Positions 24,740 through 37,617 of a DNA stretch of 64,000 bases are shown piece after piece. The position numbers were made by a program, and so were the translations under genes. The stretch lies in contig OZ024750.1 of the NCBI GenBank assembly GCA_964016885.1, positions 33,604,001 to 33,668,000 on the forward strand. Direction: 5' to 3'. Source of the stretch: Eledone cirrhosa. Taxonomy: Eukaryota. The notes below the pieces were generated by a model. It saw nothing but the letters and a program-made list of their open reading frames with translations. It made no database searches and had not been told where the DNA came from. Each line of letters starts with the position of its first letter. Within the stretch, counting starts at the first letter, position 1.

Positions 24740-25003
24740 GTCTTCTTCATTTTCTTCATTTTCTTCATTTTCTTCATTTTCTTCATTTTCTTCAATAGAT
24801 CAGCTTATCAGATATGACATGCTCTTCGTCCCAGCTTCTCTCTTAACTTCATCTTGTTATGTCAACAACAGCAACAACAACAGCAACAACAGCAACAACA
24901 ACACCAACAGCAACAGCAACAGCAACAACAGTAACAGTAACAGCAACACCAACAACAGCAACACCAACACCAACACCAACAACATCAACAACAACAGCAA
25001 CAA

Positions 25004-25040
<37 letters not shown>

Positions 25041-25150
25041 GCAACAACAGCAACAGCAGCAACAGCAGCAACAGCACCAACACCAGCACCAACAACACCA
25101 CCAACAACACCACCAACACCAACACCAACAACAGCAACAACAACAACAAT
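24740..25150. repeat. (TTCTTCATT)n and (CAA/CAG)n repeats
   Basis: Directly visible. Confidence 0.92.
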
Positions 25151-25744
25151 TAACTGGTTGTTATTGTTGTTGTTGCTGTTGTTATTTTCAAGGTGACATT
25201 ACATATATTCTTATTGAAATATTTTAGTTCAGTTTCAAAGTTGAGATTTCTGTAGATAATTTTTTATCTTGTTGTTGTTGTTGTTGGGGCTGTGTGTGTG
25301 TGGGGGGGGGGGGGTTCTTCATTGTGTTTCTTTTCTTTTGTTACGTTTGTTTTTGTTGTTGTTGGGGCTGGGGGGGGGGAGAGTTCTTCGTTGTGTTTAT
25401 TTTCTTTTGTTAGGCTTGTTGTTGTTGTTGTTGTTATTGTTGGTTGTTTGTTGCCTTTTTTTCCTATTATCTAAGAGCTTGAGTTGTAGCTCTATATTGA
25501 ATTTAAAGTGAAGTTCTCCATACAAGACATTTATTTTACGTCATGTGTTATCTCACAACATTTTATTGGATTATGGTTGCATGCCACAGACAAAATGGCT
25601 GCCAATTTAGAGTGGAAAATGGCGGACAATGTGTTGTGTGATGGCTGCCTTTCTTGAAGGCCAGAAATAGGGATATTTAGACTTCAACAGGAAATTAAGA
25701 ATGGATCTGGCATTTGAATGATGATTGCTTAACTCTTCCTTTAT

Positions 25745-26215
25745 CACATACACACATTCACACATGCACACACTTGCACATACACACACTTGCACATACA
25801 CACACACATGCATGCATGCACGCACTTCCATACATACATGCACACACACACATACACACATACATATATACATACACACATGCACACATGCATACAAACA
25901 CTTGCACACACATACACATTACACACACACACACATACACACGTACACTCATTCACACATGTATATACACACTTGCACATACACACACACATACATGCAC
26001 ACACTTCTACACACACATGCACACACACACACATGCATACACACATATACACATGCACACACATGCATACACACACTTGCACATACAGACACAGACGCAC
26101 ATGCATACACACGCTTCCACACACACACATGCACATACACATATTGCACTCACACACATATATATATATACACACATACATGCATGTATACACACAGACA
26201 CTTGCACACACACAC
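25745..26215. repeat. (CA)-rich compound microsatellite
   Basis: Directly visible. Confidence 0.92.
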
Positions 26216-26279
26216 GTGCTGCTACGTATTTGTCCAATGCTCTCGCAACAATTATAATGAAATAAGATGAATATATATA

Positions 26280-26760
26280 CTTACAGCTGAACCCGGTTGC
26301 ACCCGGGGCCACTTTTTATTAAGTTAATAATTTGAAAAATATTATTGAAAGTTTATTATAAAGAAGCAGTTTCAGGAAAAAAAATAGAAATATGCAATTG
26401 GGGCTGGACGGCGTTCAATGAGAAGTGGAGCGACGTGAAAAGCGTTGTTTATTAACAGCGAAATAGCAATGTCGATGATATGCAAGTTTGAAAATGCAGA
26501 TTATGAAGGTTTGTATGATAGTTTACACTTTGGTTGCCCTGGTCAGCAAGAGGGGCCTCTATATATTAGACGTTTATTAGAAGAGGGGGAAATAACTAAA
26601 CCCAGTATTAGAACAGGGGGTTCGCAATGTAAGGGTTTTATTTCTTTTGTTAGAAAACAGTAACCGTTTTCGGTTTGGCATTTCGTAAAATTCTACTGCA
26701 GAATAGATTTCATAAAACGGTACTGTATGATCGTTATAGAAGTATTTAAATTATATATAT
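26280..26760 (-). mobile_element. Possible non-autonomous Helitron
   Basis: Subterminal hairpin CCCGG-TTGCAC-CCGGG near 26290-26306; the opposite end runs into TATA; the terminal CTAG is degenerate. Confidence 0.4.
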
Positions 26761-27774
26761 ATATATATATAGGAACAAGTATGACCCCCGACGACAGAGC
26801 TCAAGCCGTTTCGACGGCTAATTCTGGACTAAATAAGAATTTTTAGCCTGGTAAATAAATAGCCGAACTTCTCAGGGGGTAATTCCTTATATGGGAAGAT
26901 AGTAATTGTCCAAAGGGATTGGTCCAAAATTTGTTGCAAAGACAGATGATTCTATCATGGCATTTGGTGGGAGATAGGGGTAGCTGAACTTGCCGGTAGA
27001 ACAAAGAGGGAGTGGGGGAAACCCAGTCAAGCGTTGAAAGTGAAATCTATACACCAGATTCTAAGGATAGTGTATAGAAGGTCGAGAAAAGTGTACTGGA
27101 GAAGAGGAGGGGGTGGTTGAAAGAATAGGTAAATCGAAAAGGAGTAAACAACGAAACCATTATAAAAATAAGGAAATAAATATATAAAAAACAATTTCTG
27201 GTTACTACTCCCCTTCAACAATCACCAAATCTCTCATTGGTATTGCTAAGCTATAGAAAAGTTTAATAGGTGGAGAAAAATACTAAATACGAGATTGTAG
27301 TGAAAGAATTTTATAAAGCTGGCTTTACGGGGGGTCTAACACCACGGCTATAGTTAGTTAGTAATCAGCCAATGCTATCTTACAATGACGAGTTAAAAAA
27401 TAAAATACTAAATTACTACTACAAAAATACTAATACGAAATATTAATTCAGAATACTAATACAGAAATGCTAATACAAGGACACTAATACAAAAATACCA
27501 CTTAGAAATTTAGAAATCTCAGAAATGGAGCGGCAACCAGAAAGAAAACAATTTACTGGAGTCTAACACATCTGCTGTAAAAAGCGTAATCGGCCAATTC
27601 TATCTTAAAATTAGGGGGGGGGGGGGGGTACTGAGGCTACAGAGGACCGATGAGCTGCATCGGGCTAGGCGAAAAGGTGAAAAAAAGACAAGGAAGGAGA
27701 TCTGGGGTGGAAGGACTAGGGAGAGATGGGAGGGAAGAAGGAAAAGATAAAAGATTTACGTCTACCTAGGTAGA

Positions 27775-28860
27775 TATATCTACCAATAATGGTAGATATA
27801 TACATAGATATACCAGTAATGGTATATATACATAGATATACCAATAATGGAAGATATATACATAGATATACCAATAATTGTTTCTATTTTTAGGCACAAG
27901 GTCAGCAAATTACCCAGTACATTACTGGTACTTTATTTTATCGACCCCGTAAGGATGAAAGGCAAAGTTAACCGTGGCGGGATTTGAACTCAGATTATAA
28001 AGGGACGTAACTCTATGCTTCAAAATAATGGTAGATATACATAGATATATCAACAATGGTAGGTATATCTATGTATATCTACCATCACTGGTATATCTAT
28101 GTATATATTTACCATTATTGGTGACGTATAGAGTTACGGCCCTTGCCATTCTGAGTTCAAATCCCGCCGAGGTTAACTTTGCCTTTCATCCTTACAGGGT
28201 CGATAAAATAAAGTACCAGTAATGCTCTGGGTAATTGCTGGCCTTGTGCCAAAAGTAGAAACAATTATTGGTATATCTATGTATATCTACCATTATTGGT
28301 ATATTGGCAGTATTGGTAGAGCGTTCGACGCCATGCTTTCTAGCATAGCTAGTTACGTCCCTTTATGGTCTGAGTTCAAATCCCGTCGAGGTTAACTTTG
28401 CCTTTCATCCTTACGGGGTCGATAAAATAAAGTACCAGTAATGTACTGGAATAATTGCTGGCCTTGTGCCAAAAGTAGAAACAATTATTGGTACATCTAT
28501 GTTTATATACCATTACTGGTATATCTATGTATATATCTACCATTATTGGTATATCTATGGGTGGTGGATTGGCAGTATCGGTAGAGGGTCGGACGCCATG
28601 CTTTCCAGCATAGTTACGTCCCTTTACGATCTTAGTTCAAATCCCGCCGAGGTTGACTTTACCTTTCATCCTTACGGGGTAGATAAAATAAAGTACCAGT
28701 AATGCACTGGGTAATTGCTGGCTTTGTGCCTAAAAGTAGAAACAATTATTGGTATATCTATGTATATATCTACCATTATTGGTATATCTATGTATATATC
28801 TACCATTACTGGTATATCTATGTATATATCTACCATTATTGGTATATCTATGTACATATC
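27775..28860. mobile_element. Array of four SINE family 1 copies (one minus, three plus) interleaved with a 30-nt minisatellite
   Basis: SINEs at ~27876-28024 (-), ~28125-28270, ~28303-28487, ~28561-28748 (+); unit TATCTACCATTATTGGTATATCTATGTATA flips orientation near 28060. Confidence 0.9.
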
Positions 28861-29248
28861 TGCCATTACACAACCTCTACAACAAATTATATATTTGTTA
28901 AAACTCTATTTAATGGAATATCTATGACATATCTTCCATTACACAACTTCTATTACAAACTATATGTTTGTTGAAGCTCTATATATTGATATATTGTTGT
29001 ACATATCTACCATTAATGGAATATATATGTACATATCTTCCATTACACAACCTCTACTATAAATGATATATTTGTCAAACTCTATATATTGCTATATCCT
29101 TCTATATATCTACAATTACTTCAAGTGGAATTCTTCAACTTATTCTGCTTCTTTTCACAAAAATTGATTTTGAAATCCTTCTCCCATATTTTGAACAAGA
29201 TCCAATTTTTTTTTCTGTGGAAAAAATGTGACTTTGATCGACACTTCT

Positions 29249-29330
<82 letters not shown>

Positions 29331-29403
29331 GAGAAGTGTCGATCAAAGGCTCTGATACCATCAACACTATAAACACAGAGCTGGCATATCTAAGAACTGA
29401 CTA

Positions 29404-29459
29404 ACTGCCTGATGAGGTCATAGCCATTCAATGGCTATCATCGAAATATATATAGCAGT
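29404..29459 (+). ncRNA. Type I hammerhead ribozyme motif (family C)
   Basis: ACTGC-CTGATGA-GGTCATAGCCAT(tca)ATGGCTATCATC-GAAA-TATAT-ATA-GCAGT: all core bases canonical, perfect stem I, palindromic stem III; inside a ~180-bp island (29328-29504) between (TA)n tracts. Confidence 0.85.
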
Positions 29460-29500
29460 AAATAAAGGATTATGAGTTCATGCAATTGACTTATATTTCG

Positions 29501-29543
<43 letters not shown>

Positions 29544-29904
29544 TGCTTAGGTGGGTTTTTTCCTTCTCTTTATATATATATATTGCTTGATGGGTTTTTG
29601 CCTTCACTCAGCATCTGTTCAATTGATTTCGAGCTATAAAATTTGTCAAGAACAAAAAAGAATCCTTTTCTTCCTTCTTTGGAATTGACAACTATTTACT
29701 TCGTTTAATAAATGCCATCAATTTAATTATGTTATCTATTTTATCTATTTTAATAGTTAGATCTATGATATCTAATTACAGCAAAAACAATTTATAAACA
29801 GTACAACGACTATTAATGCTCACAAATCTTAAGGAAAATTGAAGTGGTGGAGAGAAATCTGGTGTAGAGAAAAAAAAAGATCAGATATAACAAGTTAAGT
29901 ATGA

Positions 29905-30055
29905 AAAACATCCTCCACGTCCTTACACCAGCACATCAAAATCTCCTTGTCAGTTGTACGCAATATTCATAGAAGTTTTCCTTTGATCTGCTCAGATCGT
30001 TCTAACAGCCATCGGGGAGAAAAGAAAATCGTGATTCATCTAAGAAAATAAATAT
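29905..30055 (-). pseudogene. Tc1-like transposase relic
   Basis: Minus strand reads DESRFSFLPDGC*NDLSRSKENFYEYCVQLTRRF*CAGVRTWRMF, resembling Tc1 DESRF...DG....T.KFGGGSVMVWG. Confidence 0.5.
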
Positions 30056-30489
30056 TTTAAAAGAAATCGAAGAGTATTTCTCTGCACAATTTAAGGAATA
30101 AAAATATAAATAAAATGGTTTAAAATTTAAAAAAAACGTACATGGTATCTAATAAAGCAGATCCTTAATTACAATTCTAGCAGAAAACCTTTGATTTCAA
30201 TTATATGAAGAAATGTTTGATTTCTTCTCAGTGTTTTGCATGTGTTTCAATATAATTAGACATGACAATACACACGTACAAGTTCTAAAAATGGAGAATA
30301 CGTTTCTTTGATAATAATGTCTATGAAACAGGCAGTTTTTTTAATGTAGTACTAATACTATGTATATATATATATATACATATATGTGTGTATGTATGTA
30401 TATATGTGTGTATGTATATGTATGTGTGCATATATATATATGGCCAGGTCCAATACTGGCCGAAACCTATCAAAGTTATATATATATAT

Positions 30490-30745
30490 ATATAACTTTG
30501 ATAAGTTTCGGCCAGTATTGGCCCTGGCCATCTCTAACTTAATTACACCACCTGGGGAAGCTTTCAAATCAGGATTTGGACACCATGGCCCACTCAAGTA
30601 TAGCGTTATTGTTTACAGAGACATATCTGGGTGTAGGAAGTTTATCCAGGATTTCTTGAAGGAATTTGTCCAAAGACTTCTTGAGCTTCATGGGGTCTGT
30701 TTCCGTTTTAATGTGTTTTGGTTCAATGTTAAAGAGAGCAGAACC
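30490..30745 (-). mobile_element. CR1/L2-group LINE 3' end
   Basis: Reads GSALFNIEPKHIKTETDPMKLKKSLDKFLQEILDKLPTPRY (G..LFN.LP...K..LD.FL..IPD motif), followed by a 3' stem-loop and (TA)n. Confidence 0.7.
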
Positions 30746-30809
30746 AATTGAGGTGAAATAATTGTGCCGTATTGATATGATGAGATGCGAGTTTGCTTTT
30801 TAAAATGTA

Positions 30810-31230
30810 TATATATATTGTCTGTAGTAATACTGCATGTATTGTTTGCATTAAAGGTGCATATGTTGTCCACACTAATATTACATATATCGTCTGCAGT
30901 AATAGTGTATATATTGTGTGAAATAATAGTGCATATACTGTGTGCAGTAATAATGCATATGTTATATGCAGTAATAGTGAATATACTGTGTGAGTAATAA
31001 TGCGTGTGCTATATGCAGTAATTGGGCATATATTGTGTGCAATAATAGTGCATATATTGTGTGCAGTAATAATGCATATACTGAGTGAGTAATAATTCAT
31101 GTGCTATATGCAGTAATAGTGCATATACTGTGTGCAATAATAGTGCATATATTGTGTGCAACAATAGTGCCTATGTTGTCTGTAGTAATAATGCATATGT
31201 TACAATATATTGTATGCAGTAATAGTGCTT
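30810..31230. repeat. ~24-27-nt minisatellite AATAGTGCATATATTGTGTGCAGT
   Basis: Imperfect tandem copies. Confidence 0.9.
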
Positions 31231-31761
31231 GTGTTGTCTGTCTGTTCAGACTGCATCCTGTAAGTAGACCTACACATCTGTCACTGAGTCCATTCTTTAC
31301 CTATATTGACACTGTTAGACACAAACCAATATTTGCCATGTTAAAACTCCCAACAAAGGACGCCTCTTCTTATTTTATTGTTTGTGTAAAGGAAATTAAT
31401 CATTAGCACCAAGAAAACCTATATATTATAGGGGCTCGTAGTGTCTTCTATCAATATAATAGAAGCTACTATCAATAATCAAACAAAGAATCAAATCAAA
31501 TGTGTAATATTATCGATTAGGTCATACTGCCATCTTTAATGTAAAGATGTGTCTTTTGTCAGTTCTCCAAGACATTATTGCTTTAGGAGGAGGTTTATTA
31601 TTATTATTACTTTTATTGATTTTCTTTCTTTAAATCTTATTATTTGGAACAGCAATCATATAATTGGTGGACAAACTGTTAAACAACAACCTTACTGCTA
31701 TTTTTTTTATCCTTTTACACTACTACTACTACTACTACTACTATTATTATTATTATTATTA

Positions 31762-32255
31762 AGGCAGTTTTTATCTGCCTGGTGGCCAGGGCGAAAGAGG
31801 TCGTGTGGTGGACGTGTTTGAAAGGGTTGAAGACAGCCATCTTCCTCTTTGGCGAAACCCTGATTAACTTTTTTAGCTTTCACTTGAAGGAGAAAATCAG
31901 GGTGGAGAAGGAAGTGCTGCCTTCCAACCAGTTTATTGAAAGGTGGGGGAGAGTGGCGAGCATGGTCTGTGTGAATGGGCCTGCCTTGAGCTTACACCTG
32001 TAGATTGGAGTAGAAAAACTGGGAGAGGGCACTTTGCCCTAGTGGACAGGGTGACTGTGGCTTTTGTGGTATATCTACATGAGTGATACTTAGAGTTTCC
32101 TCACCTTTCGGGAAGTTGTAATGTTTGTTGTAAATACTTATTTTCTTAGTCTCCTTTATAAATTCTATTTTACATAAAGAAAATCCCACACTGTATCGTA
32201 CTGTACCGTCTTTAATGTTTCCTAAATGTGAACCCTGTGTGGCTAATATGGAAAT
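31762..32255 (+). mobile_element. Tx1/L1-clade LINE 3' fragment between (TTA)n runs
   Basis: LVARAKEVVWWT.LKG...FHLKEKIRVEKEVL...FIERW resembles a Tx1 ORF2 C-terminus, followed by a 3' UTR. Confidence 0.6.
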
Positions 32256-32595
32256 CATTATTATTATTATTATTTATGTTCAGAGTTCAAATCCCGCTGA
32301 GGTTAACTTTGCCTTTCATCCTTACGGGGTCGATAAAATAAAGTACCAATAATAAACTGGGATAATTGCTGGCCTTGTGCCAAAAGTAGAAACAATTATT
32401 ATTATTACTACTACTGCTTCCAAATGATTTGGAAACTCTGCTCCGTAGAATCGAGACATATCCAAGGATCATGCGATTTCAGAGTCAGGTTTGATCATTG
32501 CATCAGTCGTGCCTCAAGCTGGTTGCCAGAGAAACGATTGTAATATGTCTAATAAATCTTATTCGTAGCACCACTGATTCTTCGTTTTTTATGTG

Positions 32596-33078
<483 letters not shown>

Positions 33079-33540
33079 GTAATAATAATAAATTTGAAGA
33101 CTAAAATCCAAAGAGGGCTCGATAAGGATAAATATATATCAAATATATAAGAACCGTAGAGCAAAAATAAATATATATATATATATATATTTACACACAC
33201 ATACACACATACATTTACATATACCTGTATATACATATACATATACCTCTATATACATATACATACATATATATATATACCTGTACATATATACATACAT
33301 ATACATATACCTGTATATGTCTACCCCCTCTATTTCCAACCTGATATTCACATTCATTCTAATACTCTAAACATGAGAATAATGCAATATTCCACCTTAA
33401 ATCACAATTCTGTGACATATTCAATATCAGCACAAAGTCCGCCATATTTCTCTTTCCAAATCAATGGTTTTTATTCAGCAAAATATCTTCTTACTTTAGA
33501 ATTGTTCTTTGCAGGTTAACTTCTAGTTTATTTCCAGGGT

Positions 33541-34180
33541 AATATCTATATATACACTTCCAGTATAATACTTATATATACACTTCCAGTATAATATCGA
33601 TATATACACTTCCAGTATAATATCTATATATATACACTTCCAATGTAATATTTATATATACACTTCCAGTATAATATCTATATATACAGTTCCAATGTAA
33701 TATTTATATATACACTTCCAGTATAAAATCTATATATATACACTTCCAATGTAATATTTATATATACACTTCCAGTATAATATCTATATATACAGTTCCA
33801 ATGTATATTTATATATACACTTCCAGTATAATATCTATATATACACTACCATTGTACATTTATATATACACTTCCAGTATAATATCTATATATACACTTC
33901 CAATGTAATATTTATATATAAAGTATAATATTTATATATACACTTCCAGTATAATATCTATATATACTCTTCCAATGTACATTTATATATACACTTCCAG
34001 TATAATATCTATATATACTCTTCCAATGTACATTTATATATACACTTCCAGTATAATATCTATATATACACTTCCAATGTAATATTTATATATACACTTC
34101 CAATGTAATATTTATATATGCACACCCAATGTAATGTTATATATACACTTCAATGTAATGTTAATATATACACTTCAATG
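33541..34180. repeat. ~28-nt minisatellite TATATATACACTTCCAGTATAATATC
   Basis: More than 20 tandem copies. Confidence 0.93.
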
Positions 34181-34779
34181 TAAAGACACCCAATACATTC
34201 TGTAAAGTGATGAGAGGAAGGGCATCCAACTATAGAAATCTTGTCAAAGGGATGGAAGGATTCCTCAGTTGCGCCATAGGCATGACAACTTCCCTTGGGC
34301 TAATACCATACTAAAATGCACTTGGTAGAGCAAGAGATCCGGATGTTTTTTATCAGGTCACTGGCATGACCACCTACAGTCTGAACTGGGTGGTTTTTGT
34401 TGTCCCCAGCATGACCACCTACAGGGTGAACCTTATACTTTTTTTTGTCAGGTGAAAAGCCTGACAACCTACAGGGTGAACTGGGTGCTTTTTATTATGT
34501 CACCAGCACAACCCCCTTACATTTCAATATTGAATATTTCAGGTTTCATTTCCCAAATTTAAAAACAAAATGTTAATTTCTTTTTTAAATTTGATAATAC
34601 AACTTTAAAAAAACAAAAAATCCAAAGTGAATTCATAAAAATAAAAGATAAATAAGGAAATAAGTGAGAACCCATCGCCATCCCACCTCACCTTAATATT
34701 CCAATCACATGTAGAAGATAGTGGCTCAATATCTAGTGCCAACTGTACCTCAACAAATAATTGTGTGTGTATATATATA

Positions 34780-35330
34780 TCATCATCATCATCATCGTTT
34801 AACATCCATCTTCCATGCTTGCATGGGTTTGGACGGGAGTTTTCCCACTTGAGGCAAGAGTGGTTGTCTTGCTCGCATAGGACTGTCTGGCAGGTTTTCT
34901 ACGGCTGGATGCCCTTCCTAACACCAACCACATTTACTGTGTGGACTGGGAGGTTTTTACCGTGTTACCTACACGGCCACATTACAGCGTGGACTGTGTT
35001 TTTTTGTCGTGACACCTACACAACCTCATTTGTTTCGGACTGGATGTTGTGGTACTAACATAACTTTACATTGAAAGGGGTGGTGTGGATGGGGTGGAGG
35101 TAGTGGGACGGGGGTTATTTTTGTTAGAGGTGCCTACTGACTGTAGTAGGTTTCACTTTGTACTTAGGTAAGGCGGGTCTTCTGTATTACTGTGTAGCGC
35201 CAAAGATCTCGGTCCAGTGACATTGTCTTGGAGAGGTGTAAGTGTGTGAGGTCGGAATTTATCAGGTCATCCCAGGTTTTTCTGGGTCTGCCTACTCCGT
35301 GGCTACCGTCTATTTTTATTGCCCTGCACT
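34780..35330 (-). mobile_element. RTE LINE 3' end with (GAT)n tail
   Basis: Reverse complement of ~36610-37435. Confidence 0.9.
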
Positions 35331-35356
35331 TTTTTTTTATATATATATATATTTAT

Positions 35357-35668
35357 ATGTAATCTGAGTTTTTCGAATATTAGTAATAACATTTGATTCG
35401 TTTGCAATTTTGCAAAAATGCCTCAATTTTATAGCCATGTCAGTAGAATGAACACTTCATTCTTGTTCTTGTGTTGGCATGCGAACATAACTGCAGTTCT
35501 GTTTGCATGCCAACACAAGAGCAAGAATGAAGTGTTCATTCTACTGACATGGCTATAAAATTGAGGCTTGTTTGCAAAATTTCAAACGAATCGAATGTTA
35601 TTATTAATATTCGAAAAACTCAGATTACATTTATTGTATTCAGCCATTAGAGCGAAATTTTCTTTTTT
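35357..35668. repeat. Palindrome with 137-bp arms plus unpaired tail, set in (TA)n
   Basis: Centre AACTG|CAGTT at 35493/35494; arms span 35357-35630 with several mismatches. Confidence 0.92.
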
Positions 35669-35719
35669 ATATATGTATATGTATCTATATAGTAATAATA
35701 ATAAATTTGAAGACTAAAA

Positions 35720-36369
35720 TCTATATATATAGTTGTGGTTCCTGTTTGTTTGTTTGTTCACGAACTCCTCCTATGATTTTGGAGATAAACTGCCATAGCC
35801 ATATATATTCTGAAACTACATTGCCCAGGGTACTTGGATAAGTATATTTCATTTTAATCAAAGGATTCACCGGGGGCACAAACCCCCGCTGAAAACCCCT
35901 GCTGAAAATGTTTTCCCTTCGATTTATATGTAATTTAAACCATAGGTAAATGACAAAATATGATGCCTATTCACTTAATTTCAGCAAATTTCAATAATAT
36001 TAAGACACCCTAATGTGGGTTAAACCCTCTATAGTGAAAATTTTGGAAGCCCATAACTTGAGTATTGGAACTTTGAATTTCTAATTTGAAAATAATGCTT
36101 TACACAAAAAGGAAATGATCAAGTTTTGAATTGATATTTTGAAAAAAGTTATTTACAAGAAACAAAGTAAGAATAAAGTTTAATAATGTAATTTTGATTT
36201 GATATATTACAAAAATATTGTTTTCCAATTTTCATGCATTACGTTTTACATTGAGTAATATTGAAATGCAGAGTTTTTCTCCATAAATTATATCACTGAT
36301 TTAAAATCAAAAATAATTTTCTTATAAAAAAATTTGTGAAACGCAGCAACGCGCAGGTAATTTGGCTAG
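35720..36369 (+). mobile_element. Non-autonomous Helitron-like element
   Basis: Starts A|TCTATATATATAG; ends with GC-rich CGCAGCAACGCGCAGG followed by CTAG|T. Confidence 0.7.
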
Positions 36370-36464
36370 TGTATATATATATATATGAGTTTCAGAAGAT
36401 CCTGAAAGCAGAAATTCTTTGCTTAAACTTTAATCTGTGCTAACAATATATATATATATATATA

Positions 36465-37435
36465 TGTGTAATAGTAATATACGTGAACGGCAAAGCATAA
36501 ACGAACTAAGGGAGAAATTAGGAATAAGAGGGATCAGATGTTGTTTACTCGAGAGAAGACTACGTTGGTACAGTCACGTGATGCGCATGAAAGATGACAG
36601 CTGTATAAAAAAGTGCAGGGCAATAAAAATAGACGGTAGCCACGGAGTAGGCAGACCCAGAAAAACCTGGGACGACTTGATAAGTTCCGACCTCACACAC
36701 TTACACCTCTCCAAGACAATGTCGCTGGACCGAGATCTTTGGCGCTACGTAGTAATACAGAAGACCTGCCTTGCCTAAGTACAAAATGAAACCTACAGTC
36801 AGTAGGCACCTCTAACAAAAATACACCCTGTCCCACTACTCCCACCCCATCCACACCACCACTTTCGATGTAAAGTTATGTTGGTACCACAACATCCAGT
36901 CCGAAATAAATGAGGTCGTGTAGGTGTCACGACAAAAACACACAGTCCACGCTGTAATGTGGCCATGTAGGTAACACGGTAAAAACCTCCTAGTCCACAC
37001 TGTAAACGTGGTTGGTGTTGGGAAGGGCACCCAGCCGTAGAAAACCCGCCAGACTTGTAGGTGTCACAACAAAAACACACAGTCCACGCTGTAATGTGGC
37101 CGTGTAGGTAACACGGTAAAAACCTCCCAGCCCCACACTGTAAACGTGGTTGGTGTTGGGAAGGGCACCCAGCTGTAGAAAACCCGCCAGACTTGTAGGT
37201 GTCACAACAAAAACACACAGTCCACGCTGTAATGTGGCCGTGTAGGTAACACGGTAAAAACCTCCCAGTCCACACTGTAAACGTGGTTGGTGTCAGGAAG
37301 GGCATCCAGCCGTAGAAAACCCGCCAGACAGTCCTATACGAGCAAGACAACCAATCTTGCCTCAAGTGGGAAAATTCCCATCCAAACCCATGCAAGCGTG
37401 GAAGATGGACGTTAAACGATGATGATGATGATGAT
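36465..37435 (+). mobile_element. RTE LINE 3' fragment with a ~138-bp UTR triplication
   Basis: LREKLGIRGIRC..ERRLRWYSHVMRM...GRPRKTWDD; UTR unit at ~36941, 37078, 37216; (GAT)n tail. Confidence 0.92.
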
Positions 37436-37451
37436 ATATATATATATATAT

Positions 37452-37570
37452 TAAGTATTTCCGTAGAAAAGGTAAAGGAAAGGAGAGTGCTCTATGTATA
37501 GTACAGAGCTATTTAATTACATAATAAACAACACAATATAATTATTTCATTACCAAAGGTTTCAAGAAAT
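37452..37570 (-). mobile_element. 3' tail fragment of HHR family E
   Basis: Diverged reverse complement of ~61560-61675 (GAGAGTGCTCTATGTA..ACAGAGCT). Confidence 0.7.
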
Positions 37571-37617
37571 TAGATGATCCTTACAGAAATGTCCAGCCCA
37601 TTCATCAGATGGAATAG

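Noticed and set aside
24859-25227. Poly-Q/poly-T protein exon
   Set aside because: Pure trinucleotide repeat; flanking frames close quickly
30441-30475. Hammerhead half GGCCAG..CTGGCC-GAAAC
   Set aside because: No CTGANGA upstream; better explained as the LINE 3' stem-loop
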